Source: Myxococcales bacterium (lineage in GTDB: Bacteria; Myxococcota_A; Polyangia; Polyangiales; DASUME01). Taken from it: a stretch of 64,000 bases of DNA. The notes beneath the pieces are model-generated. The model searched no databases. It was not told where the DNA came from and worked only from the letters and a program-made list of their open reading frames with translations. Shown piece by piece: positions 58,301-64,000 of this stretch (position 1 is the first letter of the stretch; each line of letters opens with the position of its first letter). The stretch spans positions 704,001 through 768,000 of the forward strand of contig JASGJH010000001.1 of assembly GCA_047601445.1 (NCBI GenBank). The letters run 5' to 3'. The translations under genes and the position numbers were made by a program.

Positions 58301-60682
58301 CGCGGTGCTGGAGGTCGGGTCCAGCGTGACGGCACGGCGATAGAGCTCGGTGGCTTCCTGGTGCGAGCCGAGGCGATTCTCGGCCAGTTCGGCCATCTTG
58401 AAGAGCAGCTGCGCGGCGCGCGGCGTGTCGCCGAGCACCGTGAGCTCCGCCTGGTAGAGCGCCAGCAAATCCTCCCAGCGCCCCGCCTGATAGTAGATGC
58501 GGCCGAGGGTGGTCAGCGCGGGCACGTAGCAGGAGTCGAGGGCGACGACCTTCTTGAGCATCGCCATCGCTGCGTCGCGCTCGTTCAGATGCTCGTCGAG
58601 CACCTCGGCGGCTCGGTGCAGGAGCGCTACGCGCTGCGAGCGGTCGGCCGTGAGCTCGGCCTCGCGCACCAAGGCATCGGACAAGTCAGAGTAGCGCTCG
58701 GCGGCCTCGGCGGCACGCTGCAGGGCGTGGAGCGAGCCGAGGTGCTTGGGATCGCGCTTGAGCACACGCCGGTAGGCGTGCATGGCCTGGGTGGGATCTT
58801 CCAGCTGATCTTCGTAGAGACTTCCCACTTTGATCAGGTACGTGATGGCCAGCTCGCCCTCGACCCGCTCTACCGCGCGCTCGTACAGCTCGATGAGCTC
58901 GCGGTAGCGCTTGGTCTGCGAGAACAGGCGAGTCAGCGCCTTAAACGAGGGGGCATAGATGGCCACAGCCGAGAGCGCTCGCGTGTGATGCTCGAGCGCG
59001 CCGTCGACATCATCGAGCCGCTTCTCGAGAATCTCCGCCACCCGCGCGTGGCTCGCGGCGCGCCGCGCCACGTCCGTGGTCGCCGCGCCTTCGGCCAGGT
59101 GCATGGCCATCAGTTCGTCCCAGCGCCCGCGCGCGGCGTAGTAGTTCCCGAGCGCCTGCAGCGCGGGCACGTAGCAGGGGTCTACGTGGAGCGAGCGGGC
59201 GAACCAGCGCTGCGCCGTGTCCGGGTCGTTCAGGTGCTCGTCGTGGATCTGGCCGATCCGATGCAACAAGCCCGCACGGTCCGGCACCGCGCCCAGGGCC
59301 TCGGCCAGCTCCGAGAGTACGAGCGCGAGCCCAGTGTAGTCGCGCGCGGCCTCCTTGAGCTGGACCAGTTCCTCGAGCAACAGTCGGTCACGCGGCGCGA
59401 ACGCCAGCGCCGCCTCCAGCGCCTGGATGGCGTCGGGCCGATTGCCGAGCTTGTCCGCCTGCAGCCGCGCCACCCCGTGGAGCGCCGCCAAGCGAAGCGT
59501 CTGGTCCGAGCTGCGCGCGGCCTCCAGTTCGAGCATCCGGATCAGATCCCGATGACGACCACGGCCGTAGTAGAGACGCTTGAGCGCCTCGAGCGCATCC
59601 TGGGAGTCCGGGTCGATCTCGAGGGCGGTCTCGTACTGCGCGATGGATCCCTCGACGTCCTTGAGGCGCGTCTCGAGGAGCTGTGCGCGCTGGACCAGCA
59701 GCGCGGCGCGTTGCTTGGTATCTGCCTCGAGCGCATTGGCCTGGCGCGCCAGGGTTTGCGCGAGGTCGGGCCAGGCTTCGCTCAGGAACTCGCACTGCTC
59801 GAGCGCCTTCAAGACCACCGTGTCGGAGGGCGCCAGTGCCAGCGCGGTGCTGTACACGCGATGGGCCTCCTGTCGCAGCGCGAGACCGTCCTCGAGCAAG
59901 CGCCCCTTGGCGTAGAGCAGTCGCGCCTTGTGCTGCGGATCAGGCGTGAGCCGCGCCTCGGCGTCGTAGAGATCGGCGGCCTGCCGCAGGCTTCGGCGCG
60001 CGATCAGGCCACGCCGCAGACCTCGGATGGTCGGCAGGTGGTCGGGCGCCCGCTCGAGCGCCTGCTGATAGTGCGAGACGGCCTTCTTGGCGTCGCCCAG
60101 TGGATGCTCCCAGAGCCGCGCCAGCTCGTAGTGGAGGCGGGCTGCGCGCTGAGGCGTGGGCTGCTCTCCGAGGAGCGCTTCGCAGCGTGCGATCAGCGCC
60201 CGAGCCTGGTCTTCGGGGGAGCTCGCGGGTGCCTGGGCGGCCGCCGGAGGTTCGTCCGGGAGCAAGAGCTCCATCGTGGCGTCGGGTTCCTCCGCCGCGG
60301 GTGGGGGACACGTCACGGCCTCGGCCGACGCGAGCTTGCGTGGGTCGATGGCCCGCGGGCTCGACTCGCGCTCCGGGCTGACGTTGTTGGACGGCGCGAC
60401 CGACTTGTTGCTGATCACCACGGCGGCCGCGCTCTGACGCGGGAAGCTCGGCAAGCGCGGGGGCGGCAGCGCTCCCCCGGGCAGGCTCGGCCGATTCTTG
60501 GGCGGCAGGGGCGGCGGGCGAGACGATGGACGCTCGGGGCTGGCGGAGCTGACCGAGTGCTCGGCCGACGGCGGCTCCGTGAAGGTCACGAGGATATCGT
60601 TCGAGCCAATTTCGTCGTCGCCCTCGGTTGCGTCGTGAGGCTTGGTGCTCACGGGGTCCACGGGGCGTCCATCGGGCGTCAT
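55325..60682 (-). CDS. Giant TPR protein (myxobacterial AgmK/GltI-like architecture)
   Basis: Pro-rich N-terminus, many TPR-like units (A..YE.AL.LDP....AL.AL..LY), 1785 aa. Confidence 0.85.
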   Translation of the reverse strand: MTPDGRPVDPVSTKPHDATEGDDEIGSNDILVTFTEPPSAEHSVSSASPERPSSRPPPLPPKNRPSLPGGALPPPRLPSFPRQSAAAVVISNKSVAPSNNVSPERESSPRAIDPRKLASAEAVTCPPPAAEEPDATMELLLPDEPPAAAQAPASSPEDQARALIARCEALLGEQPTPQRAARLHYELARLWEHPLGDAKKAVSHYQQALERAPDHLPTIRGLRRGLIARRSLRQAADLYDAEARLTPDPQHKARLLYAKGRLLEDGLALRQEAHRVYSTALALAPSDTVVLKALEQCEFLSEAWPDLAQTLARQANALEADTKQRAALLVQRAQLLETRLKDVEGSIAQYETALEIDPDSQDALEALKRLYYGRGRHRDLIRMLELEAARSSDQTLRLAALHGVARLQADKLGNRPDAIQALEAALAFAPRDRLLLEELVQLKEAARDYTGLALVLSELAEALGAVPDRAGLLHRIGQIHDEHLNDPDTAQRWFARSLHVDPCYVPALQALGNYYAARGRWDELMAMHLAEGAATTDVARRAASHARVAEILEKRLDDVDGALEHHTRALSAVAIYAPSFKALTRLFSQTKRYRELIELYERAVERVEGELAITYLIKVGSLYEDQLEDPTQAMHAYRRVLKRDPKHLGSLHALQRAAEAAERYSDLSDALVREAELTADRSQRVALLHRAAEVLDEHLNERDAAMAMLKKVVALDSCYVPALTTLGRIYYQAGRWEDLLALYQAELTVLGDTPRAAQLLFKMAELAENRLGSHQEATELYRRAVTLDPTSSTALRALARKLREHSRWEELIEVLLRDLKNHATREERATIHLRVGEVYEYRLLKPEAAIDSYDKALQEDENQLLALTGRIRLRSARGEHSKLGEDLARAVDLASDPAHRIALLMQLGEVLRDHQRDLRRAIACFEEVRTIEASHHGALLALESLYRKTNQWQELAGVLATSARVLTDPNSRTAALRELARLGGRAEGTFTPLRAYQEILVLSPHDLEALGALELLALEQREASLLSLVDQRIANVSRDRALRASHLTRLGESLEASDPESALPLYRNALDIDPENLAAARGLSRLALHNNEYEVLLEAAEREATVLNDRKTAAALYVRAARATQDDDNAAHALEQALELDPESTAAARELRACLARTGDIDRLTELLARAANSSGDKQRASAIWRQVAALYGDTQNNLAGAIGALERAMRLAPDDAHVMSDLARVLKRDGQFSQAAALLARITEFCARPSARGVDSSLALHAHTELALLYEEQLNKPALAIAQLRAAVKLSANDTNLLHRLSDLLSRESQHAEALTVAHRLVELADRPENRVAALLHLARVEQRRGDHAGLVRAMSEAVALDGPLGGAGAAMREAIGAQAGVSHADYERALRKHVQSFADGRAVSSEIYLELARVQAREIGAPSQAIETLRDAITKQPNSLTLRTQYAALLRETGAAEACVKELRGLLLLDSERASTWRDLADTFGSLGQEDAKARAKEVLRLMGYGPRGVDGPRPGPLPSEPGSWAGNTVDELATDLMPMGIAAEYLAYLGEGLDKLYPPDLSGYGVSSRDRLSARAGHALRILSDRIAALVGVQEYELYVHRTRGRGPGIELDGVPLLLVPAWILEQGESQQVFMLARMLILCARKCHPILKLTPRELDVVFAAYTRNQVPSFGTGLTSEEILDDQGKRLYKALSRRTRKLVEDTAQRYAAMGGMDLVPWVESREREATRAAALLCDDLSAALDCLARSRDTGATDRSEETTGDLYRFWVGEAALRVRRRTS

Positions 60683-60764
60683 GGTGACCCGAGTGTACCG
60701 GGGGTCCGCCAGTGATTGAAACCCGTGATTGCAGTCCCGAATCGGTTCGCCGGGACCCGAGACG

Positions 60765-60808
60765 AAAAAGGCGCCGGCCGGGTCACGAATGTGCCGAGCG
60801 GACGCCTT
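60765..60808 (-). terminator. Probable terminator after iscA-like gene
   Basis: Minus strand AAGGCG...CGCCTTTTT imperfect hairpin with a T tract. Confidence 0.5.
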
Positions 60809-60830
60809 GCAGGTGGAGCCTGGTTCGCGG

Positions 60831-61154
60831 TCAGGCGCTGAAGCTGGAGCCGCAGCCGCAGGTGGACTTCGCCTGCGGATTCAGGAACTTGAAGCCCGCG
60901 CCGTGCAGGCCCTCGACGTAGTCGATTTGGACGCCCTCGAGGTACTGGTGGCTGATCATGTCCACGAACAGCTTGATCCCCTCGGATTCATACTGCTCGT
61001 CCATGTCGTTGACCTCGTCCTCGAAGTAGAGGTCGTACTGGAACCCGGAACAGCCGCCTCCGATAACGCGCAGGCGCAGGCCCTGCTCCCCGAGGCTCTC
61101 GGTATCTCGGATCTCTTTCACCTTGGCGGCGGCTTTCTCAGTCAACGTGATCAT
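60831..61154 (-). CDS. HesB/IscA/ErpA A-type Fe-S carrier
   Basis: GGGCSGFQY, NPQAKSTCGCGSSF. Confidence 0.95.
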   Translation of the reverse strand: MITLTEKAAAKVKEIRDTESLGEQGLRLRVIGGGCSGFQYDLYFEDEVNDMDEQYESEGIKLFVDMISHQYLEGVQIDYVEGLHGAGFKFLNPQAKSTCGCGSSFSA

Positions 61155-61207
61155 GGTCGGGTCTCTCCTAAAACTGGACCTCGCTGCGAACTATGGGCCC
61201 GTTCTGC

Positions 61208-62185
61208 TCAGCGAGCAACGATAGGGCACTCCTCCGTAGCGGACCCCACAATAGAGCGCACCACCCACTCCCGCTCACCCGCGCGGAGTAGCTTGCCCGT
61301 CTCGGCCAGGGGGCGCTTCACGTAGGCCAGCGCCACGGTCTTGTTGCCCACAGTCGCAGCCGTCCCCTGAGGCGTTACGGCGCTGCTCGTCAGGTCGCCC
61401 ACGCGCTTGCCCTCCGGGTCGTACGCCACCGTCTCCGTCACCAGCTCGAAGCTACCGGCTGTCTCGAGCTGCACCAGGCGTCGATTGAGCTGGCCGCGGT
61501 TCTCGAGCATGCAAATGACCTCTTGTCCGAGGTAGCAGCCCTTGTTGAACGAGACTGCCCGGCTCTTGAGCCCCGCCTCCTGTGGGTAGTTGTCCTCGCC
61601 GAAGTCCACGCCGCAGCGGGGTACGCCTGCGAGCACGTGGGCCTGTGCCCAGCTCGCGTCGTCTACCACGTCACCACCGACCGCGCGCGCAGCGCTCACC
61701 AGACGCTCGAGGGCTGCAGGCGACTCGGACTCCGCCACCCAGATATCGAAGCCCGCGCTTTCCAGACGACTCACCGGCAGGGCGCTCTCCGAGAAGCCCG
61801 CTGCGGCCACCACGCGTTCCGCCTCCGGGCCCTGCACCGTGAGGACGCGCTGCCCGGCGTCCAGGTCGAGCTCTACGTCTTCCATGATGATGTGCTTGTC
61901 GAAGGAGGTCGTGGCCAGCTCCACGCGGGCGCCCGGCAGGACCAAGGCGAGGTCGTCCCCACGCCGACAGACCCAACCGTCCGTGAGCACCCGACCCTTC
62001 ACGTTCACCGCGAGCACGTACACGGCCTTGCCCTTGTCGAGCTCCCGCAGGTCGTTGGTCACCTGACCGCTGAGCCAGCTCTGGGCGTCGTCGCCACGCA
62101 CATGCAGCACGCGGTCGGAGATCGCGTAGACCGCGGCGTGCCGAAAGGGTCCGAAGGGAAACAGTGCAGCGAAGGTCTGGCCCAT
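61208..62185 (-). CDS. ygfZ: Folate-binding Fe-S repair protein YgfZ/CAF17
   Basis: GQVTNDL, KGRVL, SFNKGCYLGQE. Confidence 0.9.
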   Translation of the reverse strand: MGQTFAALFPFGPFRHAAVYAISDRVLHVRGDDAQSWLSGQVTNDLRELDKGKAVYVLAVNVKGRVLTDGWVCRRGDDLALVLPGARVELATTSFDKHIIMEDVELDLDAGQRVLTVQGPEAERVVAAAGFSESALPVSRLESAGFDIWVAESESPAALERLVSAARAVGGDVVDDASWAQAHVLAGVPRCGVDFGEDNYPQEAGLKSRAVSFNKGCYLGQEVICMLENRGQLNRRLVQLETAGSFELVTETVAYDPEGKRVGDLTSSAVTPQGTAATVGNKTVALAYVKRPLAETGKLLRAGEREWVVRSIVGSATEECPIVAR

Positions 62186-62258
62186 GGTGGAGACAAGCTG
62201 GGTCGGCCACGGGCATTGCGCAAGTCGTTGCCTCGCGGGGAGGTTACACGCGACCCGC

Positions 62259-63041
62259 TCAGGGCAGCGGCCGCAGGGTCCCCGAGACGACCGTGCGCAT
62301 GCCCTCGGGGGTGCGCAGGAGCAAGGCGCCTTCGGGCGAGACACCCGACACCACGCCCGCGAATTCATCGCAACGCGCACTCTCCCCGCGCAGCGCCAGC
62401 CGCTCCTCCAGCGCCCGCACCACCGGCGCCGCCCCGTAGGTGACGTAGCGGTCGACCCAGTGCTCCACGTGCTCCAGCAAGGTCGCCAACACCGAGGCGC
62501 GGTCGAGATCGTCCGCCAGGCTGCCCGCCAGGGCGAGCGAGGTGGGCTCGGTGTCGAGTCCAGTCGGGAAGGTCCGGCGGTTCACGTTGACGCCGATGCC
62601 GATCACCACGGGCTGCGTGCTCTGCCCGAAGGACACGCTCTCGATCAGGATGCCGGCGCACTTGCGGCGATCGATCCACACGTCGTTGGGCCACTTCACG
62701 GCGGCTCGTCGTCCCGTCGCGAGGAACACGTCGGCCGTCTCGGCGACCGCCAGGCCCACGGCCAAGGTGAGGGGAGGGAGCTGGCCCAACGTCAGCGGCA
62801 CGTGGGCGACGATGGACAGATAGAGGTCCTGCCCCGCGGGCGACACCCAGTAGCGTCCGCGCGAGCCTCGGCCCTTGGTCTGGGTTTCCGCCACGATGGT
62901 GTGGCCGTCCACGGCCCCCGCCAGGGCCGCGGCCCGCGCGTCGTCGTTGGTGGAGCCGGTCTCGCCGACCAGGGCCAGTGAGCGCCCGTAGCGGCTGCTC
63001 TTGAGTTGCTGATGAATGCGCTCCAGCGTGAGTTCGGCCAT
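62259..63041 (-). CDS. birA: Biotin-protein ligase (no N-terminal HTH)
   Basis: GSTNDDA, QTKGRGSRGRYW, KWPNDV, KCAGILIE, GIGVNV. Confidence 0.93.
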   Translation of the reverse strand: MAELTLERIHQQLKSSRYGRSLALVGETGSTNDDARAAALAGAVDGHTIVAETQTKGRGSRGRYWVSPAGQDLYLSIVAHVPLTLGQLPPLTLAVGLAVAETADVFLATGRRAAVKWPNDVWIDRRKCAGILIESVSFGQSTQPVVIGIGVNVNRRTFPTGLDTEPTSLALAGSLADDLDRASVLATLLEHVEHWVDRYVTYGAAPVVRALEERLALRGESARCDEFAGVVSGVSPEGALLLRTPEGMRTVVSGTLRPLP

Positions 63042-63043
63042 TC

Positions 63044-63940
63044 TCAGCCTCCGTCTCGTGGATGGCTTGCCTCGGACACCGCGTCACTCTCATCCCAGTC
63101 GAGGCCGATGTCCACCGAGGGCGCCGAATGCGTCAGCGCGCCCACGCTGATCACGTCCACCCCGTAGCTCGCGAGCCGTGCGATCCGCTCCAGCGTGATG
63201 CCCCCCGAGGCTTCGAGGATGGCGCGCCCGCTGCGCGCTCGGTTCAGCGCCACGGCGTCTTGCACCATGGCGTCGTCGAAGTTGTCGAGCAGCACGATGT
63301 CCGCGCCAGCGTCGAGGGCGACCGCGAGCTGTGCCATCGAATCCACTTCGCACTCAATGCGCGAGGTGTGCGGCGCGTGCTCACGGCAACGCGTGATGGC
63401 CTGGGCCACACCGCCTGCGGCGGCCACGTGGTTGTCCTTGATCAGCACGGCGGAGCTCAGGTCTTCGCGATGATTGTGGCCGCCACCTGCTCGCACCGCC
63501 TGGCGCTCCAGCGCGCGCAGCCCGGGTGTGGTCTTACGCGTGTCGGCAATGCGCGTGCGCGACCCGTCGGGCAGCGCTTTGACGTAGCGGCGGGTCAAGG
63601 TGGCGATGCCGCTCAAACGCTGGATGAAGTTCAGCGCCACGCGCTCGCCCTTGAGCAGCGACGCCGCGGGGCCCGTGACGAACGCGATGGCCTGGCCCTT
63701 CTCGAGGGCCGTTCCGTCGGGCACCAGCTCGCTCACCACCACGCTCGGGTCGAGCTGGGCGAACACCTCGCGAATGATCTCGCCGCCGCTCACGACCAGG
63801 GGGCAGCGCGCCCGAAAGACGCAGCGACCGAGCACGTCGGCTGGCACGCAGGATTCCGTGGTGATGTCACCGCGCCCCACGTCCTCTTCCAGGGCGAGCG
63901 CCACGACACGGGCAAGATGAATCGGGGACTTCAGGTTCAC
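63044..63940 (-). CDS. nadC: Nicotinate-nucleotide diphosphorylase (quinolinate phosphoribosyltransferase)
   Basis: ALEEDVGRGDIT, ERVALN, DTRKTTPG, LIKDNH, LLDNF, EASGGI, SVGALTHS. Confidence 0.96.
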   Translation of the reverse strand: MNLKSPIHLARVVALALEEDVGRGDITTESCVPADVLGRCVFRARCPLVVSGGEIIREVFAQLDPSVVVSELVPDGTALEKGQAIAFVTGPAASLLKGERVALNFIQRLSGIATLTRRYVKALPDGSRTRIADTRKTTPGLRALERQAVRAGGGHNHREDLSSAVLIKDNHVAAAGGVAQAITRCREHAPHTSRIECEVDSMAQLAVALDAGADIVLLDNFDDAMVQDAVALNRARSGRAILEASGGITLERIARLASYGVDVISVGALTHSAPSVDIGLDWDESDAVSEASHPRDGG

Positions 63941-64000
63941 TTCCACTTCTCCACGGGGTATCCGCGCCAACGCGCGACCATCAACAAGCGCGGATCGGGG

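Noticed and set aside
57875..60715. Long antisense or alternate-frame ORFs (for example 946 aa here, 760 aa at 44917-47199, 605 aa at 346-2163)
   Set aside because: Shadow ORFs expected from high GC3 codon bias opposite real genes; no recognisable motifs

Overview
High-GC window from a myxobacterium-like genome (Myxococcota, inferred from TIGR02266/PilZ paralogues, a giant TPR protein, a kinase-STAND-TPR protein and an ATC-initiated infC). Most of it is core genome: bioA, the rpoN-hpf-ptsN-hprK-rapZ-ptsH-ptsI cluster, plsB, rplM-rpsI-argC, tRNA-Val-infC-rpmI-rplT-pheST-ihfA-merR-tRNA-Pro-surE-apt-tRNA-Arg, and nadC-birA-ygfZ-iscA. The best candidate for an undescribed system is at 43355-51853. 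There a sigma54-type promoter precedes two paralogous lipoproteins resembling hydrazine synthase alpha (beta-propeller plus c-heme), which flank a secreted HEAT-repeat protein, with a divergent DsbD. One of the two lipoproteins carries three tandem cytochrome domains with non-canonical CX6CH/CX4CH motifs. A second signal is that five genes contain seven +1 frameshifts, and six of them are repaired by reverting GAATC/GATTC to GATC. This points to motif-specific sequencing error at a probably modified GATC motif rather than to real pseudogenes. No transposase, integrase, CRISPR array or rRNA was seen. All family calls are from motif recognition by eye, not database searches.
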